Below, in pieces: positions 50,438 to 59,796 of a stretch of DNA of 64,000 bases. The DNA is from Dehalococcoidia bacterium. GTDB lineage: Bacteria > Chloroflexota > Dehalococcoidia > UBA6926. Under the pieces are notes generated by a model. The model was not told the DNA's origin. It was given only the letters and a program-made list of their open reading frames with translations, and ran no database searches. The stretch is from contig OZ250138.1 of the NCBI GenBank assembly GCA_965237465.1, positions 494,813-558,812 of the forward strand, written 5' to 3'. Position 1 is the stretch's first letter. Each line of letters begins with the position of its first letter. The position numbers were made by a program, and so were the translations under genes.

Positions 50438-51703
50438 TCAGTAAAGCATCGCCCGAATTGTGGACGCCCCCTGCTGGTTTGTAACGCCGCACAACGCCCC
50501 TGCGGGGATATTTGTCATTTGGGCGAACACCTGGGCCATGGCAGGAGACCCTGCAATGACCCGCTCAACCGGCTGAACCTCCCAACTTATATCTCCACCA
50601 CCGCCATACACGATGGCATCAACCTCGGGGTAGTTGAACAGCATGGCCGATTCCGCGCGTCGGTCGCCGGATGAATCTGAGACTTGAACGACAGTTTTCA
50701 TGCCGAGCGTCTCGCAAATTCTGGCCGTCTCACCCATATCGACGTGAGGCGCGCCGCCCCCATACTTGGTCAAGACGACGCCATCCGCGTTGAGCGCCCA
50801 TTTTGCCTGGTGCGCCGCAATCAGGCAGTTCCTGTTGCGGTCAGTCTCCATTGACGCCGCGACTGTCGCGACGGTGCCGACAAAATTCAGTTCTCCGGCT
50901 TCGTGTCGCTTGTATAGCTCCTGGATGATCGGGTGGTTCTGGTAGAAATAGGTCTCCACGCGCATCACCCAATACGAGCAGATGACGCCGCCGTCGAGCC
51001 ATTCGTTGGGGTGCATAAGAAGTGGGACCATGCCCTCGGTGTTGCTGCCGTAGAGGATGCTCTCATCCTCCTCAACAACCATCTGATGGCCGTGAATCTG
51101 GCCGATGTAGGCGATGCGCGGCAAGCCGTCGCGGTCACGAGCTGTAGGACCATCAAGGTCAAAGACCTCAGTCGACTCCGGCTCGACGCCGACCCCTGCG
51201 CTGCCAAGGAATACGGATGCGCGCACAGAGGCCATGCGGAGGGCATTCAACTCCACGTGGCGCGGAGTGCCGGGAATCATGTGCGGAACAATGACGACGT
51301 GATGCAGCGAGCTATACGGCGATGCCTCGCCGGCTTCGCCGCCCAATTCCATCATCTTTGATGCGATGCCCGGCGGCTGAGCGGCATCAACAACCGTCAG
51401 TGCGGCGCCGCGCAGGACATGCGTCGTCCCCTGCCCCGCAACTGCCATGGGGCCCAGCAAACCCGGGAAATCAGAACCCGTGCCGGGCTCCTTTGCGCGG
51501 GGTTCAAGAATGTCGAAGACCACTCCGATTCGGCAGGGCTGGCCCGGAGAAGCGATCTCAATGTCGACACTTTGAATTCTGCGATCTTCCAGGATGGCGT
51601 TTTGGAGCTCTTCACGGTCGACTATGAGCGTCGATCCTTCAAGCCGCGTTCCCGCTTCAAGGCGCGCATCATTGACCGGATGTATCGCGAGCGTCAATTT
51701 CAT
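50438..51703 (-). CDS. grdE: Glycine reductase complex protein B proprotein (GrdE-like, alpha/beta subunit precursor)
   Basis: About 421 aa. The N-terminus MKLTLAIHPVNDARLEAGTRLEGSTLIVDREEL… is GrdE-like. It is co-oriented with grdB and immediately upstream of it. The ATG at 51703 has the SD aaaggggaggg. Confidence 0.65.
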   Translation of the reverse strand: MKLTLAIHPVNDARLEAGTRLEGSTLIVDREELQNAILEDRRIQSVDIEIASPGQPCRIGVVFDILEPRAKEPGTGSDFPGLLGPMAVAGQGTTHVLRGAALTVVDAAQPPGIASKMMELGGEAGEASPYSSLHHVVIVPHMIPGTPRHVELNALRMASVRASVFLGSAGVGVEPESTEVFDLDGPTARDRDGLPRIAYIGQIHGHQMVVEEDESILYGSNTEGMVPLLMHPNEWLDGGVICSYWVMRVETYFYQNHPIIQELYKRHEAGELNFVGTVATVAASMETDRNRNCLIAAHQAKWALNADGVVLTKYGGGAPHVDMGETARICETLGMKTVVQVSDSSGDRRAESAMLFNYPEVDAIVYGGGGDISWEVQPVERVIAGSPAMAQVFAQMTNIPAGALCGVTNQQGASTIRAMLY

Positions 51704-51870
51704 AACACCCTCCCCTTTCGAGGCAGGCCCGGCCCACTTGGGAAGACCTTCCCGCACACGTTGACACACATTAAGCATCGTTGCTAGCCTCTGTCAACGA
51801 CATAATGCGCGGCTTGCGGCACACCGTCTCCACCACAATATGCGTGGGGTCGGATATGAAAGGTTCCCAT

Positions 51871-53322
51871 ATGGATCATCCCGTAGTTAAGGAAATCCGG
51901 TTCTTTATGGCTCATACGCCCGGCCTTGTACGGCATGGCTCCAAGCCGACGCGCGAGATTGAAGCCAATCCGTCCGTATGGGAAGACATCCGATCCAGCC
52001 TGCGGACATTTGAAGACGCGACTACCTATGCGCCTCATCAGGTGATGCTCGGCAATCACGCCCCGGACGCCCTGGGCAGCATGGCGGCACCGTGGTATGA
52101 GAATCCGCTTGAGGAGGCTCTGACGCGCGGCCCTCATGGCGAGATGGTCGATGAGGATCAATTCTATGGGCTGCTGAAGGCCGCCGATGACTTCGACCTC
52201 GTGATGCTTGAGGAAGGGTATGCAGCGTTGACGGTCAAGAGCCTGCGGGGCCATCCCCTTGTGACAGACGAAGAGCTGGAGCGCATTAAGGGCGAGCCAA
52301 TGTCACGCATAGAGGAACGGCTGGTGTCGCGCGCGGGCGCCATTCCTCTGGTGACTATCACCGGCGATACCATCGGCCTGGTGCAGACGGACTATGTCGA
52401 TGATCCCTCTCTGTCACCTGAAATCCTGTTGGAGAATCTGACGGTCAAGGCCACGGCGACAATGGCGTTGAGGTCCGTTCTGGCGGAGTCTGGAACCGAC
52501 CCCGAATCCCTGCAATACGTCATCGGCTCAGGCGAGGAGGCCATCGGGGATCGATACAATCGGGGAGGGGGAAACCTCGGCAAGGCCGTTGCGGAGGCCG
52601 CGGCTTGCGTGAATTCCACGGGCGCGGACGTCAAGGCTTTTTGCTGCGCTCCCGTTCACGCGATGGTAGTCGGCGGCAGCCTCGTTGCAGCGAATGTGTT
52701 CCCGCAACTCGCAGTGGTTGGCGGCTGCTCCCTGGCCAAACTTGGCATGAAGTACCGCGGCCATTTGGCCAAGGAAATCCCCGTCATGGAAGACGTTCTT
52801 GTCGGGTTCGCAGTCCTTATGGGTCCTGACGACGGCACCAGCCCCGTGCTGCGGCTTGACAGCGTAGGCCGGCACACTGTCGGCGCCGGTTCCATCCAAC
52901 AGCGCATCATTGAGGCCCTGGTTTCCGATCCGCTGGAGCGGCTTGGTCTGCGGTATCAGGACATCTCCAAGTACGCGACGGAGATGCATAACCCTGAGAT
53001 TACGGAAACGGCCGGCAGCGGGGACGTGCCTCGCACCAACTATCGACTGATCGCAGCGATTGCGGCGCAGCAGGGAGAAATCGACAGCGGGCCGGAAGCG
53101 CGAGATGAATTTGTTGCGCGGCACGGCATGTTGGGCTTCTCGCCAACTCAGGGCCACGTGGCCTCCGCGGTTCCGTTCCTGGCCCACGCGCTGGACGGTC
53201 TTCGGGCCGGGGACTACCAGTACTCGATGTTCCTGGCCAAGGGCAGCCTCTTTCTGGGTCGCATGACCCACCTCTCCGATGGCGAGTCCTTTGTGCTGGA
53301 GGCGAACTCAGGGGTCGGCTAA
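51871..53322 (+). CDS. grdC: Glycine/sarcosine/betaine reductase complex component C beta subunit (GrdC-like)
   Basis: MDHPVVKEIRFFMAHTPGLVRHGSKPTREI… matches the GrdC N-terminus; about 484 aa. Divergent from grdE. Confidence 0.7.
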   Translation: MDHPVVKEIRFFMAHTPGLVRHGSKPTREIEANPSVWEDIRSSLRTFEDATTYAPHQVMLGNHAPDALGSMAAPWYENPLEEALTRGPHGEMVDEDQFYGLLKAADDFDLVMLEEGYAALTVKSLRGHPLVTDEELERIKGEPMSRIEERLVSRAGAIPLVTITGDTIGLVQTDYVDDPSLSPEILLENLTVKATATMALRSVLAESGTDPESLQYVIGSGEEAIGDRYNRGGGNLGKAVAEAAACVNSTGADVKAFCCAPVHAMVVGGSLVAANVFPQLAVVGGCSLAKLGMKYRGHLAKEIPVMEDVLVGFAVLMGPDDGTSPVLRLDSVGRHTVGAGSIQQRIIEALVSDPLERLGLRYQDISKYATEMHNPEITETAGSGDVPRTNYRLIAAIAAQQGEIDSGPEARDEFVARHGMLGFSPTQGHVASAVPFLAHALDGLRAGDYQYSMFLAKGSLFLGRMTHLSDGESFVLEANSGVG

Positions 53323-53385
53323 AGTACTGTATGATTCCCATAAGAAGCGGGGACCTTGGGCCGAGAGATTAAGGGGACTTGAATC

Positions 53386-53850
53386 ATGGATCTGTCAGGC
53401 AAGCGAGTAATCATCGTTGGAGAACGGGACGGCGTGCCGGGCCCCGCTATTGAGGAATGTGTGCGCAGCGCCGGAGGAAATCCGGTGCTCGTTCAAACTC
53501 AGTGCTTTGTTTGAACCTCCGCAGGAGCACTTGACCTTGAAGGTCAAGAAGGAATCAAGGCGACGGTTGACACGCACGGAGCGAATGACATGGTCGTTCT
53601 GCTCGGCTCGCCAACAGCGGAGAGCGCAGAAGTGTACGCCCGCACAGTGACAGAGGGAGACCCGTCATGGGTCGGTCCGCTGGCTGGCATCGCGCTTGGT
53701 CTGCCCGTCTTTCACGTACTGGAGCCGCAGGTCAAAGAGCAGTTCAACGCGGCCGTCTACAAGGAGCAGATCTCGATCATGGAATCCGTGCTGGACACGG
53801 ACGACATCATTGAGGCGATGAGCCGAGTCCGCGACGCAGTCGGAGTCTGA
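53386..53850 (+). CDS. grdA: Glycine reductase complex selenoprotein A (GrdA), in-frame UGA Sec codon at 53512-53514
   Basis: MDLSGKRVIIVGERDGVPGPAIEECVRSAGGNPVLVQTQCFV-U-TSAGALDLEGQEGIKATV… gives the GrdA hallmark CFVU-TxAGA. A bSECIS-like hairpin (cttgacc-ttgaa-ggtcaag, 53530-53548) follows the UGA. SD aagggga. The track shows only the C-terminal fragment (53590..53850). Confidence 0.85.
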
Positions 53851-53877
53851 TCCGAAGCGAGTATAGGAGGCGGGGCC

Positions 53878-54126
53878 ATGACAACGATGCCCAAGTCGAT
53901 TGTCCTCTACACCAAGAAGGAAAATTGTCCGGACTGCGAGGTCGCCAAGCGCTTCCTGGGCGACCATGAGATTGAGTACGAGTCCAGAGACGTGGTTGAG
54001 AACCGCGACTACATGCTGGAGCTTGTCCAGAAGCACCGGAGCATGTCCGTACCGACGCTGGTGGTTGACGGACAAGCGATCATTGGATTCAAGAAAGACG
54101 AGTACGAGCAACTGCTCGGCATGTAG
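53878..54126 (+). CDS. Glutaredoxin/NrdH-like small thiol-disulfide oxidoreductase (CPDC active site)
   Basis: 82 aa with the thioredoxin-fold pattern VLYTKKENCPDCEVAKRFL…VPTLVVDGQ. SD aggagg. Sits immediately downstream of grdA. Confidence 0.7.
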   Translation: MTTMPKSIVLYTKKENCPDCEVAKRFLGDHEIEYESRDVVENRDYMLELVQKHRSMSVPTLVVDGQAIIGFKKDEYEQLLGM

Positions 54127-54129
54127 GAA

Positions 54130-54160
54130 CCCGGGCCGAAGGCCTACGGGCCGTTTTTGT
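54130..54160 (+). terminator. Putative terminator after glutaredoxin-like gene
   Basis: GC-rich palindromic cccgggccgaaggcctacgggccg followed by ttttt. Confidence 0.4.
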
Positions 54161-54185
54161 TCGCAGCATAGACAATAACGTTAAG

Positions 54186-54611
54186 GCAAGCAGGGCCTGG
54201 AGGCCTGTAAGCCGGGTTCTGTTCCCAGCCAACGTCGCCGCCGGCCGGGTGATGGCCATCCATCTAGGCCTCGACTTGCGCCGAGGCTCAAGCGGCCTAC
54301 CCGAGGACGAGGCGGGCAACCTCTGCGCTGACGCGCGCGCCCTTCTATTTGGCCTTGCTCCGGGTGGGGTTTAGCCGCCGCCGCGTCGCCGCAAACGGCC
54401 GGGCGCTCTTACCGCCCGTTTTCACCCTTGCCTGTGCCCAACGACTAGCGTCAGGCCATCGGCGGTATTGTTTCTGTGCCACTATCCGTCGCCCCGCGGC
54501 GCGTAGCCGCGAAACGCCTGGGAGTTACCCAGCACCCTTGCCCTGTGGAGCCCGGACTTTCCTCCCGAGCTGCCGTGGCAGCCCGCGCGGCCATCCGGCC
54601 CCCAGCCCTGC
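54186..54611 (-). ncRNA. rnpB: RNase P RNA (bacterial type A)
   Basis: The minus strand contains GGGAGGAAAGUCCGGGCUCCACAGGGCA (P4 5' strand), …AACGGGCGGUAAGAGCGC…, …GAGCAAGGCCAAAUAG…, …GCCUAGAUG… and ACAGAACCCGGCUUAC. These are collinear with the E. coli M1 RNA. The P1 strands GCAGGGCUGG and CCAGGCCCUGC define the ends. The ORFs the track lists here are spurious. Confidence 0.85.
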
Positions 54612-54682
54612 TCACCAGTATCAGCATAAGGAAACCCGCACGCACGGACAAGGCAATTCACAGAGAGTTGCCGCCGGCGCCC

Positions 54683-56395
54683 CTAGGATCCGGCGAAAGA
54701 CGCCCCGGACAGGAAGCTCTCCAGGGCCTCGTCAACAACGCTTTGAGGCACATCAGCGCGGAGCCGACCGTGGCCGATGCGGTCGCACAGTATCCAACGC
54801 GTTTGCCCCGCAAGAACCTTCTTGTCGTGCGATAGGGCCGCGCGGACCAGAAAGACATCAATGTTTGGAGGCGGCGTGGTCGGCAGTCCAAAGGTTGCGA
54901 GCAACTGAATCTGCCGGTCGCGGTCTTGCCGGGCAAGAACGCCGTATTTCCCGGCAAGCATTGCGGCAAAGCTCATGCCAATAGCAACGGCTTCCCCGTG
55001 CAGCAGACCCGTGTAGTCAGTGGCGCTTTCGAGCGCGTGTCCCAGGGTATGACCCAGGTTCAATAACGCTCGCAGTCCTGAAGTGTCCCGTTCATCCAGA
55101 GACACGACGCGTCCCTTGATGGCCGCGCACCGGCGAACAGCCTGGGCGCGCAGCTCCTCATCGCCCTCAATGAGCTCCCCTGCCCGCTCCTCAAGAAAGT
55201 CAAAGAGATCGGTATCAAGAATAGCGGCCGTCTTGATGACCTCGGCCCAGCCCGCCGTCAATTGGCGCGGCGGTAGCGAGTTCAACGCTCGCGTGTCGGA
55301 CAGGACGAGGCGTGGTTGATAGAACGCGCCGACTAGGTTCTTGCCGTGCGGGAGATCAATGGCGACCTTTCCACCAATTGAGGCATCAACCATAGCCAGC
55401 AGCGACGTTGGCGCCTGAACGAAGGCGACGCCGCGCAGCCAGGTGGCCGCGACAAGTCCGGCAAGGTCCCCGGTCACGCCGCCACCAAGGGCCACGATTA
55501 CGTCGCTTCGTTCGGCGAGGTTACGGCCCAGAGCGGCGTATATCTCATTTGCCTGATCCACAGTCTTGGATGTCTCGCCTCCGGGAAATTCAATGACCGT
55601 GGGGTCAAAGCCCGCCGTTGCAAGGCTATCCAAGGAGGCGGTTCTGAGAGTGTGAGGAACCCCGGGTTCGGTAATGACAAATGCTCGGCCTCGCAGCTCC
55701 AGGTCCTTCATCCGTTCGCCCAGCGTTTCAAGCGCGCCCTGCCCAACGACGATTGGATACGCCGCCGTCTCAGTTTGCACCTGCCAAGCGATGTCAGGAT
55801 CGTCGCCGATCTGCGGCGCCTCCAGCGCAAGGCCAGCGGACAGCCTCTGTTGGCCGATCTCCGCGCCGCGCGCCGCCTCATCAGCAACGGCGTCAATGGT
55901 CAAACTGTCCGTGTTGACGGTCCAGTCCGCAACGGCATAGGCGGGCTGGCGCGTCCGCTTTAGCGAGTTGATCTGCAGCAGTGGATTCGCCGCTGCGAGC
56001 AGCGGGCGCTCTGCGGCCCCCTGCCCCGCTTGGTTGTGGGCTTCATCCTGCATTCGGCGAAGGATGGTTTCGGGACGGGCTTCGAGACACACGACTGCGC
56101 CGGAGCGCGCTATGGCCCAGCGGTTCTCGGGGTCCAGGATCGCCCCGCCGCCAGTGGCGACAATCAGGCCGCGCCGTTCCGCCACGGCTCGCAGCACACC
56201 CGACTCCATCTCACGGAAAGCCGCTTCTCCCTGGACTGCCAAGATGGCGGGCACGGTGTCGCCGTAGGTTGCTTCAATTTCATTGTCGGTGTCGACAAAG
56301 TCCATGCCGAGCCTCTCGGCCAGGACGCGGCCCACCGTGGACTTGCCAGTGTATGAGAATCCCGTCAGGTAGATATTGGCTGGGAGTGTCGCCAC
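54683..56395 (-). CDS. aroKB: Bifunctional shikimate kinase / 3-dehydroquinate synthase (AroK-AroB fusion)
   Basis: The N-terminal about 170 aa form a shikimate kinase (P-loop GFSYTGKST). The C-terminal part is a dehydroquinate synthase (GGGVTGDLAG…, the NLGHTLGHALE metal-binding motif). Confidence 0.85.
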   Translation of the reverse strand: MATLPANIYLTGFSYTGKSTVGRVLAERLGMDFVDTDNEIEATYGDTVPAILAVQGEAAFREMESGVLRAVAERRGLIVATGGGAILDPENRWAIARSGAVVCLEARPETILRRMQDEAHNQAGQGAAERPLLAAANPLLQINSLKRTRQPAYAVADWTVNTDSLTIDAVADEAARGAEIGQQRLSAGLALEAPQIGDDPDIAWQVQTETAAYPIVVGQGALETLGERMKDLELRGRAFVITEPGVPHTLRTASLDSLATAGFDPTVIEFPGGETSKTVDQANEIYAALGRNLAERSDVIVALGGGVTGDLAGLVAATWLRGVAFVQAPTSLLAMVDASIGGKVAIDLPHGKNLVGAFYQPRLVLSDTRALNSLPPRQLTAGWAEVIKTAAILDTDLFDFLEERAGELIEGDEELRAQAVRRCAAIKGRVVSLDERDTSGLRALLNLGHTLGHALESATDYTGLLHGEAVAIGMSFAAMLAGKYGVLARQDRDRQIQLLATFGLPTTPPPNIDVFLVRAALSHDKKVLAGQTRWILCDRIGHGRLRADVPQSVVDEALESFLSGASFAGS

Positions 56396-56404
56396 GTTGT
56401 CCCC

Positions 56405-57637
56405 TCACATGCTCCGGGCGGCGGCGTGTCGCGGGCCGGCGGCGGCAAGGTACGCTGTTATATTGCGGATCGTTTCGTCGCGATGATCCCCTCCGAATTT
56501 TTCCATCACGGCGTCAGCAAGGGTGATGGCCACCATGGCCTCTCCTATCACGGCGCAGGTGGGTACGAATGTGATATCGCTTCGCTCGTAGTGCGCCTTC
56601 TCCACCTTCTCACCCGTCCGCAGATCCACGGTTTCGAGGGCGTCCATGATGGTGGCGATGGGCTTGACCATTGCCCGCACGACGACAGGCTCGCCCGTTG
56701 TCATGCCTCCTTCAAGTCCACCGGAGTTATTTGTGCGGCGCGGCCATGGCCGGACCCATGATCCGTCCGGGTTGCGATCCCATTCGTCGATTGGCTTTAC
56801 AACGTCGTGCACTCGTGAGCCGCGCATAGCGGCCTGGTCAAATCCGGCGCCGAATTCGACGCCTTTCACCGCGTTGATGCTCATGACGGACGCGGCGAGA
56901 CGTGTGCTGAGTTTACGGTCCCATTGAATGTGAGAGCCAAGGCCGATGGGGACGCCTGTCGCTATGACCTCAAAGACGCCTCCGAGGCTATCGCCGTCGC
57001 GCCGCGCCGCATCAATCTCCTCCACCATGCGCCCCGACGCGTCAGGGTCCGCGCAGCGGACGGGCGACTCTTCAAGCTGAATCCAGTCGATATTGTCGGC
57101 AGGGGCCGCGCGAACGCCGCCGATCGCGGTGACGTGGCTACGAATTTCCACGCCCACTTCCTCGAGGAGGCGGCGCGCGATTGCGCCGGCGGCGACCCGC
57201 GCCGCACTCTCTCGAGCGCTTGAACGTTCAAGAATGTTGCGGGCGTCTTCCTGCGCGTATTTTGTGATTCCGGGTGTATCGGCGTGCCCTGGACGCAGCT
57301 TTGTTATTGCTTCAAACGGCACGTCGGATTCTTCAATGGCCATCTCGTCAAGCCAGGGCACGCCGTCAGGCCCCTTGCCCGTTGAGAAGTCGCGATTCTC
57401 CACAAACATGGAAATTGGTCCGCCGAGCGTCAGCCCATGCCGGACTCCTGCCGTGATCCGCGCCCTATCGGTCTCTATTTGCTGGCGCGCGCCTCGGCCA
57501 TACCCGCGCTGACGCCGGGCGAGGTCCTGCCGGATGTAGTCCTCAGAGAGGGAGATGCCCGCGGGAATACCTTCGACAAGCGCGGTCAGTCCCGGCCCGT
57601 GGGATTCCCCTGCAGTCAAGAATCGAAAATGTCCCAT
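56405..57637 (-). CDS. aroC: Chorismate synthase
   Basis: MGHFRFLTAGESHGPGL… signature. Confidence 0.9.
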   Translation of the reverse strand: MGHFRFLTAGESHGPGLTALVEGIPAGISLSEDYIRQDLARRQRGYGRGARQQIETDRARITAGVRHGLTLGGPISMFVENRDFSTGKGPDGVPWLDEMAIEESDVPFEAITKLRPGHADTPGITKYAQEDARNILERSSARESAARVAAGAIARRLLEEVGVEIRSHVTAIGGVRAAPADNIDWIQLEESPVRCADPDASGRMVEEIDAARRDGDSLGGVFEVIATGVPIGLGSHIQWDRKLSTRLAASVMSINAVKGVEFGAGFDQAAMRGSRVHDVVKPIDEWDRNPDGSWVRPWPRRTNNSGGLEGGMTTGEPVVVRAMVKPIATIMDALETVDLRTGEKVEKAHYERSDITFVPTCAVIGEAMVAITLADAVMEKFGGDHRDETIRNITAYLAAAGPRHAAARSM

Positions 57638-57681
57638 CGCTCCTGTCTTTTCTATCGTCTCAAGTGGCGCTGCGGCTGTTA

Positions 57682-58521
57682 CTAAGCCAGGGCCTCTTCC
57701 GCCGCCGCGTACATGATGTCAATTGGGGCCTCGCGCTGTGTCCAGAGCTCAAATGAGGCCGCGCCTTGATAGACCAGCATTCCAAGCCCGCCGAGCGTCT
57801 GCGCGCCTTTCTCTTGCGCCATGCGGAGAAGAGGCGTCATGCGGGGATTGTAGACGAGATCGCAAACAAGGACATCAGGAGTGAGTGTGAGGTCAGTGGG
57901 CGGGACGCCGGCGGGGTCAGGGCCGCCGGCCATACCGACTGTCGAGCAATGCACGATGACGGGATAGGCGATGCCCCGGGTCAGGTCGTTAAAGCCGCCC
58001 CCAACTGTGCGCACGCCTGTCTCCCGCTGAATGACCTCTGCAAGCTCAATTGCCCTCTCCGGCGACCTATTCACGATGAGGATTTCCTGGGGGAGCTTTG
58101 CCGCTAGCCCAAACGCGACTGCGCGCGCCGCGCCACCAGCGCCAATGACGAGGATGCGTTTTCCCGATGGGTCGCAGCCCGCCTCTTCCTCCAAGGACCG
58201 CATGAATCCCGTCGCGTCCGTATTGAGCCCGACCAATCGCCCGTCCCGGTTGATGATTGTATTGACGGCGCCGATCTTCTCCGCGCCCGACTCGACCATA
58301 TCCAGCAGCGGCATGACGGCCTGCTTGTAGGGAACGGTGACGTTCGCGCCGAGGGCGCCCTCGACGCGGAGGTTCTCGACACGGCCCTTGAGGGCGTCCT
58401 CCGACGTTGGCCACGCCTCGTAACGCGCGTCAACCCCCAGATGATCAAACGCGGCTTGCTGAAAAATCGGCGAGACTGAGTGCCCCAACGGGTAGCCGAT
58501 GATGCCGACTCTTGCGGTCAT
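57682..58521 (-). CDS. aroE: Shikimate dehydrogenase
   Basis: GYPLGHSVSPIFQQAAF…, NVTVPYK, and the GAGGAARA Rossmann motif. Confidence 0.9.
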   Translation of the reverse strand: MTARVGIIGYPLGHSVSPIFQQAAFDHLGVDARYEAWPTSEDALKGRVENLRVEGALGANVTVPYKQAVMPLLDMVESGAEKIGAVNTIINRDGRLVGLNTDATGFMRSLEEEAGCDPSGKRILVIGAGGAARAVAFGLAAKLPQEILIVNRSPERAIELAEVIQRETGVRTVGGGFNDLTRGIAYPVIVHCSTVGMAGGPDPAGVPPTDLTLTPDVLVCDLVYNPRMTPLLRMAQEKGAQTLGGLGMLVYQGAASFELWTQREAPIDIMYAAAEEALA

Positions 58522-58973
58522 GCCTCACTGTTTCCGCGAGAATTGTAGTCTTGCCGCAGCCGCCGCTCGTCCAGGTACGCCTGCAAAACGACCGCCGCGG
58601 CGACAGAGTCCTCGCGATCAGAATGTTGCCTTCCGCGCTTGCCGTCAGACTCTCTCATGACGCGTTGCGCGGACACGGTTGACAGGCGCTCATCCCGTCC
58701 TTCGACCGGGACGGAGAGACGTCGTTCACATTGGCGGCGAATGCCCTCGGCCCACCTGGCCATCTCGCCCATGCGGCCGTCCATAGTCCGCGGTATGCCG
58801 ACGATGACGCGTTCCGCATCGTAGTCGGCCACGTATTGGGCGATCTCTGAAATGAAAGCTTCCGTGTCCGTGCTAGAAAGCACGGCAAGGGGCTGGGCAA
58901 TCGACTGAGTCGGATCGGATACGGCAAGCCCGCTGCGAACTGTGCCGAGATCAAGGGCAATAATTCGTCCACC
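58518..58973 (-). CDS. ruvX: Putative pre-16S rRNA nuclease / Holliday junction resolvase-like YqgF (RuvX)
   Basis: RIIALDLGTVRSGLAVSD…, RNase H-like fold, about 150 aa. It overlaps the aroE start by 4 nt. Confidence 0.85.
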   Translation of the reverse strand, partial: GGRIIALDLGTVRSGLAVSDPTQSIAQPLAVLSSTDTEAFISEIAQYVADYDAERVIVGIPRTMDGRMGEMARWAEGIRRQCERRLSVPVEGRDERLSTVSAQRVMRESDGKRGRQHSDREDSVAAAVVLQAYLDERRLRQDYNSRGNSEA

Positions 58974-59056
58974 CATACGGTTAGGATAGCTGAGCAAGCT
59001 TGGTCATTGCCAGAGCGCTGGGCAAATCGGTATTCTCAACCGTAAAGGAGTGACGC

Positions 59057-59740
59057 ATGCCCGATACATATATGGTTGCGGGATCAACGTCCGGCGTCGG
59101 GGCTCACGTAGCCCGAAAGCTGCTGGACCGGGGCGAAATGGTCCGGGCGCTTGTCCGGGACGAGCAGAAGGCCCGTGAACTTTATGGGTCGCATCCTAAT
59201 CTGCATCTGGTGGTCGGCGAAGTCTCTGATCACGATGCGGCATTTGAAGCGGCCAACGGGGCGCATTACATCATCAGCACATTGGGCGCACGATTCCCGG
59301 ACGGCGAGCCTGAGGACGTTGACTATGGCGGCGTTCGAACCATTGTCAACGCCGCCACAGAGCATGGGCACATCTCCCATTTCGTGCTTGTGTCTTCCAT
59401 AGGCGCAACGCACGAACAACACGAGCTCAACGCGCGCTTCAAGGACATCCTCAAGTGGAAACTCGCAGGCGAGAATTACCTTCGCAGCAGCGGCCTGCCA
59501 TACGCCATTGTGCGGCCTGGCGGCCTGACCGATGAGCTTGGCGGGACGCGGGCCATTCATGTGGGCCAGGGCGATACGCTGCACGGGTCTATCAGCCGTG
59601 AGACTGTCGCGGAGATTTGTCTCTTCGCCTGCATATCCGAAGGCCTCTCTCGAGAGCTCACCTTCGAGGTAATCGAGACCGATGACGGCGAGCCGCCGGA
59701 CAACTGGTTCTCAATATTCCACGGGCTCAAATCAGATTAA
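59057..59740 (+). CDS. NAD(P)H-binding (NmrA/atypical SDR-like) oxidoreductase
   Basis: VAGSTSGVGAHVARKLL Rossmann motif. SD aaaggag. Confidence 0.7.
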   Translation: MPDTYMVAGSTSGVGAHVARKLLDRGEMVRALVRDEQKARELYGSHPNLHLVVGEVSDHDAAFEAANGAHYIISTLGARFPDGEPEDVDYGGVRTIVNAATEHGHISHFVLVSSIGATHEQHELNARFKDILKWKLAGENYLRSSGLPYAIVRPGGLTDELGGTRAIHVGQGDTLHGSISRETVAEICLFACISEGLSRELTFEVIETDDGEPPDNWFSIFHGLKSD

Positions 59741-59796
59741 CTCCCCTGCCACGCACAAGTCTTCTCACGTCCGACATACAACCCGGGGAGATCTGA

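Noticed and set aside
54349-54984. ORFs 54349..54984+, 54451..54651-, 54476..54835+
   Set aside because: The region encodes RNase P RNA on the minus strand; these ORFs are artefacts. The 3' portion overlaps the true aroKB CDS.
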